DNA of 38,929 bases from a virus (taxonomy: Duplodnaviria; Heunggongvirae; Uroviricota; Caudoviricetes). The position numbers and the translations under genes were made by a program. Of this stretch, positions 23,388 through 32,333 are shown piece by piece. Numbering within the stretch: position 1 is the stretch's first letter; each line of letters begins with the position of its first letter. The notes below the pieces were generated by a model. It saw only the letters and a list, made by a program, of their open reading frames with translations. It was not told the origin of the DNA and ran no database searches. The stretch covers positions 64,001 through 102,929 of IMG/VR virus record IMGVR_UViG_3300045836_000108; one strand, 5' to 3'.

Positions 23388-24920
23388 ATGGCGACACAGG
23401 TCATCACCATGGACACCTTCCAGCAGCTTCTCAACACCGGCGGAAACAAGGACCAGGACGCCGTCCAGGCCATGATCCTGGCCGCGCTGGCGAAGCTGGG
23501 CGGCGCTGCCGCCACTGAGGACGACCTGGTGTACAAGGGCAAGAAGTTCATCCTGCCCGTCCACTTCGAAAACAACATCCCCGGTGCCATCCAGTACCTG
23601 CACGACCTGGACCAGCAGTCCAACAAGGTCCACGCCTTCCGGAAGGTGTTCCGCTACCGGCCCAACGACGTCGCCCACGCTCTGGGTGTCGCCATGAAGA
23701 AGGTGTTCGGCACCACCGGCGTCGGCAAGGAAACCGTGGGTTTCTTCGGCTCTGTCACCCCGCCCACGTTCCGCACCATCGACATCGGCTGGGAGGAAAC
23801 CGCGCAGGTCATCCACGGCAAGACCGCCTTCTCGCCGCTGGGCGCCGTCATCACCGTCAGCTCCGACTACGACGCGGAGGTCGGCTTCCTGGGCGAGATC
23901 ATCGTGGAGGCGCCCCGCAAGTTCCGGGCCCAGGTGGAGGGCCTGTTCGTCGCCATCGAGGACGTCCTGAAGACGGCGTCCATCTACCGGGCCAAGGCCA
24001 TCAACGGCTCCGAGGCCCCGGGCTTCCTCAACGTCAAGCTGACGGACCCCAACAAGGCGGTCTACGCCAAGGAGGCGATGCGGCAGCTGAACGGCAGCCT
24101 GTGGTCCCCGATCGAGCACGCTGACACGCTGCGGGAACTGGGCGTGCCGCTGAAGCGGGCAATCCTGCTGGAGGGCCCGTACGGCACCGGCAAGTCCATG
24201 GCCGCCGCCATCACGGCGCGCAAGTGCGTGGAGAACGGGTTCACGTTCATCCAGGTCCGCCCCGGGGATGACCTGGAACTGGCGATGAAGACCGCGCGGC
24301 TGTACGAGCCCGCCGTCGTGTTCTTCGAGGACGTGGACGTGGTGTCGGAGAACGGTGAACCGGCGCACGTCTCCAAGCTGTTGGACGTTTTCGACGGCAT
24401 CGCCGCCAAGGGCGCGGAGATCATGGTGGTGTTCACCACCAACCACGTCGAGAAGATCCAGAAGGGCATGCTGCGTCCGGGCCGGATGGACGCGGTCATC
24501 CACATCGGCGCTATGGACCCGGACGGCGTCCGCAAGCTCATCGAGGCCAACGTGGACTCCAAGCTGATGCTGGACCTGGACTTCGACGTCATCGGGAAGG
24601 CGTTCGACGGCTACCTGCCCGCGTTCGCCATGGAAGCCATCAAGCGCACGATCCAGTACGCCGTGGCCCGTGTCGGCGGCAAGCCGACGCACCTGACCAC
24701 GGACGACTTCGTGGCGGCGGCTGACGGTCTGCGTCCGCAGCTGAAGCAGATGGAGGAGGCGACGGAGGGCATCCGGCGTCCCACGCTGGACAAGGCTCTG
24801 CGGGGCGTGCTGCGGGAGGCCATGAACGAGATGGACGTCGTGGACTCCAACTACGACTTCAAGAGCGCCGCCCCGGACTTCAAGATGCGTGAACCGGCTC
24901 CGACGCTGGCCGACGTCTGA
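23388..24920 (+). CDS. AAA+ ATPase (510 aa)
   Basis: Walker A GPYGTGKS, Walker B VVFFEDVD, sensor TTN, second region of homology LRPGRMD. Confidence 0.9.
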   Translation: MATQVITMDTFQQLLNTGGNKDQDAVQAMILAALAKLGGAAATEDDLVYKGKKFILPVHFENNIPGAIQYLHDLDQQSNKVHAFRKVFRYRPNDVAHALGVAMKKVFGTTGVGKETVGFFGSVTPPTFRTIDIGWEETAQVIHGKTAFSPLGAVITVSSDYDAEVGFLGEIIVEAPRKFRAQVEGLFVAIEDVLKTASIYRAKAINGSEAPGFLNVKLTDPNKAVYAKEAMRQLNGSLWSPIEHADTLRELGVPLKRAILLEGPYGTGKSMAAAITARKCVENGFTFIQVRPGDDLELAMKTARLYEPAVVFFEDVDVVSENGEPAHVSKLLDVFDGIAAKGAEIMVVFTTNHVEKIQKGMLRPGRMDAVIHIGAMDPDGVRKLIEANVDSKLMLDLDFDVIGKAFDGYLPAFAMEAIKRTIQYAVARVGGKPTHLTTDDFVAAADGLRPQLKQMEEATEGIRRPTLDKALRGVLREAMNEMDVVDSNYDFKSAAPDFKMREPAPTLADV

Positions 24921-24982
24921 TCGAGCACCAAGGGGGACGTTCGACCGGGCGTCCCTCTCCTTTCTGTGTAGGAGGGCACAAG

Positions 24983-25438
24983 ATGGTGATGAACGCGCAG
25001 ATTGCGGCGGAGCAGGTGGCCGCTGGGGGCAAGTGGATGGACGCGCACGCCCCGCACAACTGGTACGACTTCCCGGACCTGGACACGCTCGACATCTCCC
25101 GTGCGGACCTTTGCGTGCTGGGTCAGGTGTTCAAGGGTCTGAGCGTGGACGGATTCGGGTACGCCTTGAACACGTTCGGGTTGGGGCGTGAGGTGTACAA
25201 CCTGGGGTTCAACTACCGGGAGGACTACACCGACCCGCACGACTCGTTCGGTTGGGGTTGTGCGGCTCTGACGTCGGCGTGGAAGGCGTACATCCTGGAG
25301 CGTCGGGCGGCTGACGTGCGGAACCGGAAGACGGCTGCGGAGGTGGCCCGGCAGGAGCCTTGGGTCACGCCGGAGTTGGAGGCGGAGCTGGTGGTGTCGT
25401 TGGGACAGGCGCAGCGCGGTCAGCTGGTTCCGGCGTAG
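24983..25438 (+). CDS. hypothetical protein (151 aa)
   Basis: ORF track; AGGAGG RBS. Confidence 0.75.
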   Translation: MVMNAQIAAEQVAAGGKWMDAHAPHNWYDFPDLDTLDISRADLCVLGQVFKGLSVDGFGYALNTFGLGREVYNLGFNYREDYTDPHDSFGWGCAALTSAWKAYILERRAADVRNRKTAAEVARQEPWVTPELEAELVVSLGQAQRGQLVPA

Positions 25439-25592
25439 CCATCTGATGGGGCGCCGGAGGACTTCCCCCCTCCGGCGCCCTTGCCGTCTTCTGGGCTGTC
25501 TCTGACGCTGCGGGAGGGTGTTTCCGGGTAGTCGGGTGGGAGCTACTCCGTAAGGCTGTCTCCGTTGCGGAGAGGGGGCGATATCCAAGGGC

Positions 25593-25626
25593 GCTTCCCT
25601 ACTCTTACCGACTACGGTAACGTTAC
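25593..25626 (+). promoter_or_regulatory. variant promoter with GTAACGTTAC palindrome
   Basis: GCTTCCCTACTCTTACCGACTACGGTAACGTTAC; same spacing as the main class, CTTACCG variant. Confidence 0.55.
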
Positions 25627-25660
25627 TCCCTGCTTACATCGCTTCACGGAAGGAACGCCC

Positions 25661-26320
25661 ATGGAAGGGCCAACCAAAGAAACCGCCACCAACACGGCAC
25701 ACGTCACCAAGCTCCTGAGGGCTATGGGATGCGAGACCGTCTCCGGCGGAGTCCACCGGAACCGGTTCGTGGACGGCTACCGCGTGTTCACGCCGGAGGT
25801 GCAGTACGGGCCGGTGAAGGTCACCGCTCTGGCCCGTCGGCGCGGGTTCGACGTCGCGGAGGACTTCAAGCGGATCCGCAGGGAGTTCGCGGACGCCGGT
25901 CTCACCGTCTCCAACGTGGAGATAGGCGACAACGGCAAGACCGGCAGCTTCGAAGTCACCCGGACCTTGCTGAAGGGTAAAACCAAGGACGGCAAGAGCT
26001 TCGTGCACCTGGACGGCCCTTGGTGGGGTCTGCGCCCGTCGTCCAACAAGCTGTGGATCATAGAGGTTGAGCCGGGCACTGACCTGCGGGACATGGACTT
26101 GGACGGCGACCCGGTGAAGTTCCTGCCGTTCCGGCTTGTCGCCGCCATGTACCGGGGCAACGCTGAGCATCGGAGGCAGCTGAAGTGGTTCTCCGCTGTC
26201 CTCGACGTGGAGCGCGGGCCGTTCGACACTGTTGACGAGGCCAAGGCGGATGCGTTGACGGCGCTGAGGATGCAGCTAATCAACGACAAGATCAAAGAGC
26301 ACTTGCAGAAGGCCAGCTAG
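25661..26320 (+). CDS. hypothetical protein (219 aa)
   Basis: Start placed at ATG 25661 after GAAGGA. Confidence 0.75.
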   Translation: MEGPTKETATNTAHVTKLLRAMGCETVSGGVHRNRFVDGYRVFTPEVQYGPVKVTALARRRGFDVAEDFKRIRREFADAGLTVSNVEIGDNGKTGSFEVTRTLLKGKTKDGKSFVHLDGPWWGLRPSSNKLWIIEVEPGTDLRDMDLDGDPVKFLPFRLVAAMYRGNAEHRRQLKWFSAVLDVERGPFDTVDEAKADALTALRMQLINDKIKEHLQKAS

Positions 26321-26353
26321 GCAGGGACGTTTCACGACCGGAGGAGAAGCCCC

Positions 26354-26794
26354 ATGGAAACGTGGGTGTACGAGAAGCGAGGGCAATGGCTGCGGGAGTT
26401 CCCAACGCTGAAGGAGGCTCAGCTGCGTCTGGCGCCGTTCTTTGAGCCGGAGACCAACTGGCGTTGGCGGTCTGTGTACGACAACGGCCTGTCCAAAAAC
26501 GCGCTGTACAACCGGTCCTTTGACACGGGAATGCGGCTGTACCGCCGGGACGTGCCGCTGTGGGAGTGCGAGTGGGCGTGGTTCAACCCGTGCGGCTGCC
26601 CTATCGGCTGCGCGCACCCGGTCACATCCGACGAGGACGAGGCTTGGCTGGACATGTTCGGCGCGGTAACCGGCAGGCGGTACCGGGCGCAAGGCGTCAC
26701 GGCTCAGCTGATGACGTTCGACAGGGCGCGGGTGGAGGTCTTCCCCAAGATGAGGTTGGACTACAAGTGCCCGCACAAGGAGGAGGGGAAATGA
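26354..26794 (+). CDS. hypothetical protein (146 aa)
   Basis: CCGGAGGAGAAG RBS; CGCPIGC motif. Confidence 0.75.
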   Translation: METWVYEKRGQWLREFPTLKEAQLRLAPFFEPETNWRWRSVYDNGLSKNALYNRSFDTGMRLYRRDVPLWECEWAWFNPCGCPIGCAHPVTSDEDEAWLDMFGAVTGRRYRAQGVTAQLMTFDRARVEVFPKMRLDYKCPHKEEGK

Positions 26795-27003
26795 GCGCCA
26801 ACATGGACCGGGTGACGTTCAACGTCAGCAAGCAGGCCAGGACCGACTTGGACTGGCTGACGGAGGAGATGGAAATCAACCAGACCGACGTCCTCAACCG
26901 GGCCGTGCGTCTGTTGGCTGTCTACCGGGAGACTGTCCGCAACGGCGGGCAGTTCCTGCGGCGCCGCGACAGCGGCGAGATGGAAACCATCTTGTTCCTG
27001 TAG
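26791..27003 (+). CDS. ribbon-helix-helix (CopG-like) DNA-binding protein (70 aa)
   Basis: RVTFNVS beta strand followed by two helices TDVLNRAV; ATGA overlap; AGGAGG RBS. Confidence 0.65.
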   Translation: MSANMDRVTFNVSKQARTDLDWLTEEMEINQTDVLNRAVRLLAVYRETVRNGGQFLRRRDSGEMETILFL

Positions 27004-27032
27004 CTTCACCGCCCCGCTCCGGCGGGGCACAA

Positions 27033-27104
27033 GCTCCTGTACCTCAGAGGTCAGAGGCCCCAGTCACCGTGGGGAAGTCGCTGGTTCGAATCCAGTCGGG
27101 AGCA
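27033..27104 (+). pseudogene. isolated degenerate tRNA (CAC anticodon, Val-like)
   Basis: GCUCCUG/CGGGAGC acceptor, CCUC/GAGG D stem, GCUGG-UUCGAAU-CCAGU T arm, CCCCA-GUCACCG-UGGGG with non-canonical G32/C37/G38 and no position 26. Confidence 0.6.
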
Positions 27105-27311
27105 CAGGTACGCGCAGGTGAACACGGGTTCCTCGCCCCGGCGTTCCTCTGTTCCAGCAGGGTGACCGGCCTGCGCGTACCGCCCAGAGGTCGGGCAGCC
27201 AGGTAAGAACATGAGAAACAGCGTCGGGCTGATCGGACGCTGAACGCCACCGTGTCTCGTGTCGCCTCTCTTACGGCACATCGCGCAACGGAGGCACAGT
27301 TGAGTAACAGC

Positions 27312-27473
27312 ATGACCCGTAAGCACTTCAGGGCCATTGCGGAGGTTGTCTCCGAGATCAAGGATCCGGCCCAGCGTCGGCTGACGTGTTTGGCGTTTGT
27401 TGTCGTGTTGTGTCAGTTCAACAGCAATTTCAACAGCTACCGGTTCATGGAGGCCTGCGGTTTGGAGGAGTAG
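27312..27473 (+). CDS. small hypothetical phage protein (53 aa)
   Basis: MTRKHFRAIA...FNSNFNSYRFMEACG. Confidence 0.7.
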   Translation: MTRKHFRAIAEVVSEIKDPAQRRLTCLAFVVVLCQFNSNFNSYRFMEACGLEE

Positions 27474-27537
27474 CGGCTGCGCTTTTGGGCCCAAGGTTGT
27501 TGTTCCGGCCTTGGGGTTTTCTGGGTTTGCTCAATGG

Positions 27538-27568
27538 GCTTTACGATGCTTAGCGAAAGGAGTATCGT
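27538..27568 (+). promoter_or_regulatory. conserved phage promoter
   Basis: GCTTTACGATGCTTAGCGAAAGGAGTATCGT = TTTACG-17-TATCGT; downstream TGCCCGCGTAAGCCA nearly matches the 20446 copy. Confidence 0.75.
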
Positions 27569-27614
27569 TGCCCGCGTAAGCCAACCCACCCAGCCGAACG
27601 TCGAGGAGAAGACG

Positions 27615-29015
27615 ATGGCCGCCAGGATCCAGATCACCGAGACCCCCGTCACCCTCACCCTGAAGAACCGCCAGGGCGCCGGTACCGCCTACCAACTCCA
27701 GGACGAGCTGCCCGGCTACGTCTTCGAGGTCATCCACATCAAGGGCGGCCGTCGCGCCAAGCTCTGCGGCACCTGCTCCGGCACCGGCTACCGCCCCGAG
27801 TACGGAAACGTCTTCAACGGCGTCTGCTTCCACTGCAACGGCTCCGGCGTCCACAAGATCTACGACGACACCAAGGCTGCCGAGAAGGCTGCTCGGGCGT
27901 GGCTGGGCCGTCAGCGGTCCGAGCACAAGAAGCAGGAAGCGATCATGGCCGCTGCCGCCGAGGCGCGGGCCAAGATGGACGCGGAGTTCAACGCCTGGAT
28001 CGCCGACAAGGGCGACGTCGTGGCCTACATCGAGGCCAACGCGGAGTCCAGCCGCAGCCGTTTCCTGCCGGAACTGGACGCCCAGCTGAAGTACCGCAAC
28101 ACCCTGACCGACAACCAGGTGGCCGCCGTCCGCAGGATGATGGCGGAGCAGGAAACGCAGCGCTGGTACGGCGAGCCCGGGGACAAGGTCACGTTCACCG
28201 GCATCGTCGAGCGCACCTTCTCCGGCCACAACGACTACGGCACCTACTACATGGTGACCGTGCGCGGCACCGGCGAGTTCACCGGCGTCCTGTTCCACAC
28301 CACCGGAACCTCCAAGGTTCACATCGAGCTTCAGGACTGCGAGGGCGACACGGTTACCATCGCGGCGACGGTGAAGAAGCACGACACGTACGACAACACC
28401 AAGCAGACGGTGGTGCTGCGGCCGAAGCTGATCTCGCAGGAGCCGACGCTGGACCCGGAGACAGAGGCGGCGCTGGAGGCTGGGGAGCCCAAGTGGGCCG
28501 GTGAGCTGCACGTGATCGGCTACAACACCGACACGTGGAAGGTGTTCCCGGCGAACGGTACCCGGGACGCCTACGACATGCTGTGCGAACTCTCCGCTAA
28601 CGAGAAGGTCAGCTACGCCTACTTGTCGTTCTACGGCGCGGAGTGGAACGCGATGCACTTCAACCCGAAGAACCTGTCCCGCTACGGCAGCAGCGACGGC
28701 AAGTTGGTATCGCTGATCGACAAGTCCAACATCCACTACGCGGTGACGGACTTCAAGCCGAAGACGTGCCTGCGTCACCTGACGCTGGCGCAGGAGCACC
28801 TGCTGGTGGAGTGGCGCAAGGCGTTTGGGCAACTTCAGCTGCACGTGCAGGAGCGGGGGGAGGGTACGCACCACGCCTGCCAGGTGTCTGGGGTGCAGCG
28901 TTGGGGGTGCCCGGAGTGGCGGGAGATGAACAAGCCGGTGGCCGAGTTGGAGGACCGGATGCGGGAGGCCGGTATGGCTGCGCCGTATGCGGTTCTGGAG
29001 GCTCCGACGCGCTAA
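27615..29015 (+). CDS. protein with DnaJ-type CxxCxGxG zinc finger and a possible OB-fold region (466 aa)
   Basis: CGTCSGTG...CFHCNGSG; GDKVTF.G.V...YG...GDTVTIAATVKKHDTYDNTKQTVVLRPK; GAGGAGAAGACG-ATG. Confidence 0.7.
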   Translation: MAARIQITETPVTLTLKNRQGAGTAYQLQDELPGYVFEVIHIKGGRRAKLCGTCSGTGYRPEYGNVFNGVCFHCNGSGVHKIYDDTKAAEKAARAWLGRQRSEHKKQEAIMAAAAEARAKMDAEFNAWIADKGDVVAYIEANAESSRSRFLPELDAQLKYRNTLTDNQVAAVRRMMAEQETQRWYGEPGDKVTFTGIVERTFSGHNDYGTYYMVTVRGTGEFTGVLFHTTGTSKVHIELQDCEGDTVTIAATVKKHDTYDNTKQTVVLRPKLISQEPTLDPETEAALEAGEPKWAGELHVIGYNTDTWKVFPANGTRDAYDMLCELSANEKVSYAYLSFYGAEWNAMHFNPKNLSRYGSSDGKLVSLIDKSNIHYAVTDFKPKTCLRHLTLAQEHLLVEWRKAFGQLQLHVQERGEGTHHACQVSGVQRWGCPEWREMNKPVAELEDRMREAGMAAPYAVLEAPTR

Positions 29016-29048
29016 TGGGCGAAGCCCTTCTGTCTAAACAGCAGAAGG

Positions 29049-29079
29049 GCTTTACGTTACTTAGCGTATCCGATAGGGT
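29049..29079 (+). promoter_or_regulatory. conserved phage promoter
   Basis: GCTTTACGTTACTTAGCGTATCCGATAGGGT = TTTACG-17-TAGGGT. Confidence 0.75.
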
Positions 29080-29113
29080 CCCCTAGAGGGCTACAACCGG
29101 AGGAGGTAAAGCA

Positions 29114-29425
29114 ATGACGTACCAACTGAGCATCAACGGTGGATCCACCGAATATGAGACGTTCCCCGCCGTCGGCAAGGCGATCGCCGACACGCTGCGC
29201 GAATGGGCAAAGCTGACCGCCTGCCCCACCCACGGCGACTACGCCAACTGGGGATGCCGGGAGTCGGCCTGCACCGGCCGCGTCAAAGCCATCCGCGACG
29301 CGGACCTGTTTGCCGTCGGCCACGGGAAGCTGCCATACATCGCTGTTCTGCCCGGAGGCCACGGAGTAGACAAGCGCGTCATTCACGCATCGCAGAGCGC
29401 TGCCGTAGACAGCAAAGCGGCCTGA
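29114..29425 (+). CDS. hypothetical protein (103 aa)
   Basis: GGAGGAGG RBS. Confidence 0.75.
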   Translation: MTYQLSINGGSTEYETFPAVGKAIADTLREWAKLTACPTHGDYANWGCRESACTGRVKAIRDADLFAVGHGKLPYIAVLPGGHGVDKRVIHASQSAAVDSKAA

Positions 29426-29502
29426 CCGGCTGCGGGCGCAACCGGCTCCGGCCGGAGGCGTCCGTGGGCAGTCAGCCCTACCCGAGGAGAAGGGGCACCA
29501 TC

Positions 29503-30027
29503 GTGGACCGCAAGAAGGCAGAGGCCGTGCTCAAGGCCGTGGAGACCAAGTACGCGGAGTGGATCGCGCTGAGCAAGGCGGACGGCATCAACGACGCCGA
29601 CTGCTACCCGCAGCTGGTGGCCAACTGGTGGGGCTACCGGGAGCGGAGCGGACGCCCGGCGCCGTTCGCCGTCTCCTGGGAGGTGAACTCCCCCGACAAC
29701 TGGGCCGTCACCTTCAGCATGGAACAGGAAGGCAACGTGAACGTGCCGGACGGCGTCCACTGCGAGGCGGAGTTCTCCTTCGTCCTGGGCGTCCACGACA
29801 ATGACGCGTTCGACTGGAACCGGGTGAAGCGCGGCGGCAAGTTCGTGCACCAGAGGGCGATCGACCAGGACGGCCAGCCGGTGACCTGCTGGATCACGAA
29901 GGTGTCGCGGGTGGACGACGGGATAGACGTTGTCTGGTACCGCCATGAGAACCCCAAGACCGGTTTCCTCAGCAAGTGCTCGGCGGAGTTCTTCGCCGAC
30001 AAGGTCCTGTCGTTCTGGGAGGACTGA
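29503..30027 (+). CDS. hypothetical protein (174 aa)
   Basis: GAGGAGAAGGGG RBS before GTG 29503. Confidence 0.75.
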   Translation: MDRKKAEAVLKAVETKYAEWIALSKADGINDADCYPQLVANWWGYRERSGRPAPFAVSWEVNSPDNWAVTFSMEQEGNVNVPDGVHCEAEFSFVLGVHDNDAFDWNRVKRGGKFVHQRAIDQDGQPVTCWITKVSRVDDGIDVVWYRHENPKTGFLSKCSAEFFADKVLSFWED

Positions 30028-30029
30028 CC

Positions 30030-30221
30030 GTGGACGAGGTCAAGGAAGCCGTCATGCGGCACCTGAACACACAAGCGGGACTGTCCGGGACCCAATTGGC
30101 CCGGATGACGGGCTACGTGCGGTCGGAGGTTGAGGACGCGCTCCGGGACCTTGAGGCAGCCGGTACAGCGGTCCGGGACCGTGACAGCGACGGCGTCAGA
30201 ATCTGGTGGAAGGCGGTCTAA
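30030..30221 (+). CDS. small winged-HTH protein (63 aa)
   Basis: LSGTQLARMTGYVRSEVEDALRDLEAAG; GGAGG RBS. Confidence 0.65.
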   Translation: MDEVKEAVMRHLNTQAGLSGTQLARMTGYVRSEVEDALRDLEAAGTAVRDRDSDGVRIWWKAV

Positions 30222-30223
30222 CG

Positions 30224-30454
30224 ATGCTGTTCAAAATCTCCAAGGACGGAGAGGACGTGACGTGGCTGACGACGTTCTCGCTCGATGAGGCGGTTGCGCA
30301 CGTCCTGGTCGAGTACGTACTGAAGGGTGACGACTACGACCCGGAAGACGCGGGCCTGCTGCCGGTGGTGGCGTACTACAAGGTGTGGGGTTTGTTCAGG
30401 GTCCGGGATGACGGGACGCTGAAGCGGACCGGCTACAGTTTGGAGGAGAAGTGA
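30224..30454 (+). CDS. hypothetical protein (76 aa)
   Basis: ATG 2 nt after the upstream stop. Confidence 0.65.
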   Translation: MLFKISKDGEDVTWLTTFSLDEAVAHVLVEYVLKGDDYDPEDAGLLPVVAYYKVWGLFRVRDDGTLKRTGYSLEEK

Positions 30455-30567
30455 GCGGGTGGGATTGGTTGCTGGTCGGAACCGTCGCGTGGGCGTCTGC
30501 CGCCGTAGGCGTGTGGATGGTGTTCCGCGCGTGGGTCTTCCTCGTCAAGCGGGGAGGGCAACCGTGA
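30451..30567 (+). CDS. 38-aa membrane peptide
   Basis: GTGA overlaps at both ends; VSGWDWLLVGTVAWASAAVGVWMVFRAWVFLVKRGGQP. Confidence 0.6.
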   Translation: MSGWDWLLVGTVAWASAAVGVWMVFRAWVFLVKRGGQP

Positions 30568-30857
30568 GCATCCACACCGACAAGAATGCGCCCAGGTACT
30601 GGGCGACTCTGGAGGGCGCGGACGTTCCGCAGCCAATTGCGGAGCTGGACTGGGTCGCGCGGCGCGCCGCCAAGAGCCTTGGTTTGGAGATGCACATGCT
30701 GGAATTCTCCACCAACAACGGCGTGTATCGGCTCCACGGCAATGGCCGGGTGGAGAGGACAAGGATCCTGCCCGACTGCTGCACCCTCCCAACAACGGAG
30801 GCTTGGCAGCAGGGCTGGAGTGACGAGCCGCACGACGGGGCCCCTTGTAAGCCGTGA
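30564..30857 (+). CDS. hypothetical protein (97 aa)
   Basis: GTG overlapping the upstream TGA; GGAGG RBS. Confidence 0.65.
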   Translation: MSIHTDKNAPRYWATLEGADVPQPIAELDWVARRAAKSLGLEMHMLEFSTNNGVYRLHGNGRVERTRILPDCCTLPTTEAWQQGWSDEPHDGAPCKP

Positions 30858-30943
30858 CCGTCTTCAGGAGCAACCGGGGCCCCTGCGGCTCCGGAGGCTC
30901 TTGTAGGCGGTCAACCGGCCGCAGGGGCCCAACCGGAGGGGCA

Positions 30944-31207
30944 ATGGACACGGATAACTACGACGCGATGGAAGAGAAGTACGACGCGCTGAAGCAGTTT
31001 CTGCTGAAGCGGCTGATCGGCAAGACGGTGTCGATCGATGAGTCATTCGACGCAGACGCTGCCTTGAACCAGGTGGGTTGGCGTCCGGAGGACTTGGAAC
31101 GGATCGAGCCGGTACACCTGGACTTGCGGGTGTCTGCGCAGCCGCTGCTGGACGAGGGGTCCGGCGAGATCTATTGGCAGTTCGAGATTGTGGGACCGGA
31201 GGAGTGA
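30944..31207 (+). CDS. hypothetical protein (87 aa)
   Basis: CCGGAGGGG RBS before ATG 30944. Confidence 0.7.
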   Translation: MDTDNYDAMEEKYDALKQFLLKRLIGKTVSIDESFDADAALNQVGWRPEDLERIEPVHLDLRVSAQPLLDEGSGEIYWQFEIVGPEE

Positions 31208-31208
31208 C

Positions 31209-31514
31209 GTGAAGCGTGTGAAGGTGCAGGTGAGAGCGGACCTCAACGTGTACCAGCTGGCTGCTCTGTTCAAGGACGCGGTCTGCGCCAAAAGCGACTC
31301 GGTGTTCCCCTCGATGGTCCTCGACTGGGCCGCCGCTGACCGGAACATGCCGTCCAGGAACTACCCGCAGGTGAAGGTTCTGGTGGCGCAGCAGCTCCAA
31401 AGATTCGGCGAGGACTCGGTGAACTGCGGGCCGCAGAACGAGTGGACCGGCGACGTCGAGGAGCAGTGGTATCTGCGGCACGTCACCGCCGTCTACAAGC
31501 TGGAGGAGGCGTGA
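31209..31514 (+). CDS. hypothetical protein (101 aa)
   Basis: GGAGGAG RBS before GTG 31209. Confidence 0.7.
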   Translation: MKRVKVQVRADLNVYQLAALFKDAVCAKSDSVFPSMVLDWAAADRNMPSRNYPQVKVLVAQQLQRFGEDSVNCGPQNEWTGDVEEQWYLRHVTAVYKLEEA

Positions 31515-31651
31515 CGTACGCGCCGCTGTTGGGGCGTCGCTAGTGCTGCCGATAGTGGAGGGTGGGGCCGTCGGTGCTGCCGTGGCCCTGCTGCTCTGTC
31601 TCGTCTACGCGGTGTTGGTTAGGTGCCGCTAACTATTGCCCGGGGGAAACA

Positions 31652-31846
31652 GTGGAGTTGCTGGATCTGGAAGACCTGTTGGACGTGGACGCGCTGAAGT
31701 GGACCGACGCCGAGTTTTCGGAGGGTGCTGGGCCGGAGCGTCCGGCGCGGTTGGCGTCGTTGGCGACGTTGATGTGCTACTCGATGGCGTCCGTCGCGTA
31801 CGTGTTGGTGCTGGACCAGATCACGTCAGGAGCGTGGAAACGGTGA
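31652..31846 (+). CDS. hypothetical protein (64 aa)
   Basis: GGGGGA RBS before GTG; acidic N-terminus. Confidence 0.5.
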   Translation: MELLDLEDLLDVDALKWTDAEFSEGAGPERPARLASLATLMCYSMASVAYVLVLDQITSGAWKR

Positions 31847-32205
31847 ATCGCCAGGGGATGAGTGACGCGGAGGCGTACGACGCGTTGGTGCGCCTGTTCC
31901 GGAGCGTCAGCGATGAGGATTGGCGGAAGGCGTGCGCTGAATTGGCGAACGCTGGTTTGCCTACGGAGGAGAGACGCCAGAGGTATCTGCTGATCTTGGA
32001 GGAGGAGCCGCAGGAGCAACGGCGTCAGGAGCCGCTGCGACGCCGACGTGGCGGCTCCGGCGTTACGTCCTCTGCGAACGCAAAGTCGAGTTTGCCGTCT
32101 TTGATGTCTTGGATCAACCGGCGGAAGTCGGCGCGGGACATCTCCACCTCCGGGCCGTTCTCGATCTCGGGGTCGCCGATAACAAAGCTGTCGGTTACGG
32201 CGTAG
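31843..32205 (+). CDS. hypothetical protein whose 3' end overlaps a convergent gene
   Basis: GTGA overlap with the upstream gene; only the first ~65 codons look protein-like. Confidence 0.45.
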   Translation: MNRQGMSDAEAYDALVRLFRSVSDEDWRKACAELANAGLPTEERRQRYLLILEEEPQEQRRQEPLRRRRGGSGVTSSANAKSSLPSLMSWINRRKSARDISTSGPFSISGSPITKLSVTA

Positions 32206-32225
32206 TACCAGACGCTGACGGACAT
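32025..32225 (-). CDS. small protein, DUF397-like C-terminus (66 aa)
   Basis: EMSRADFRRLIQDIKDGKLD; GAGGA RBS. Confidence 0.55.
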   Translation of the reverse strand: MSVSVWYYAVTDSFVIGDPEIENGPEVEMSRADFRRLIQDIKDGKLDFAFAEDVTPEPPRRRRSGS

Positions 32226-32237
32226 GGCTGGCTTCCT

Positions 32238-32333
32238 CTACTTGTTGCGGAACTTGTTGGTGAAGATCCAACGGCCTAACTCCCAGCCAGCTACTGCTAC
32301 GGCGCCTGCCAGCACCCAATAGAACGTGCTCAC
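32238..32333 (-). CDS. 31-aa membrane peptide
   Basis: VSTFYWVLAGAVAVAGWELGRWIFTNKFRNK; GGAGG RBS; GTGA overlap. Confidence 0.6.
   Translation of the reverse strand: MSTFYWVLAGAVAVAGWELGRWIFTNKFRNK

Noticed and set aside
21767-27104. Integration module (excisionase-like gene plus tRNA-like att site)
   Set aside because: No tyrosine or serine recombinase in the window and the two features are 5 kb apart
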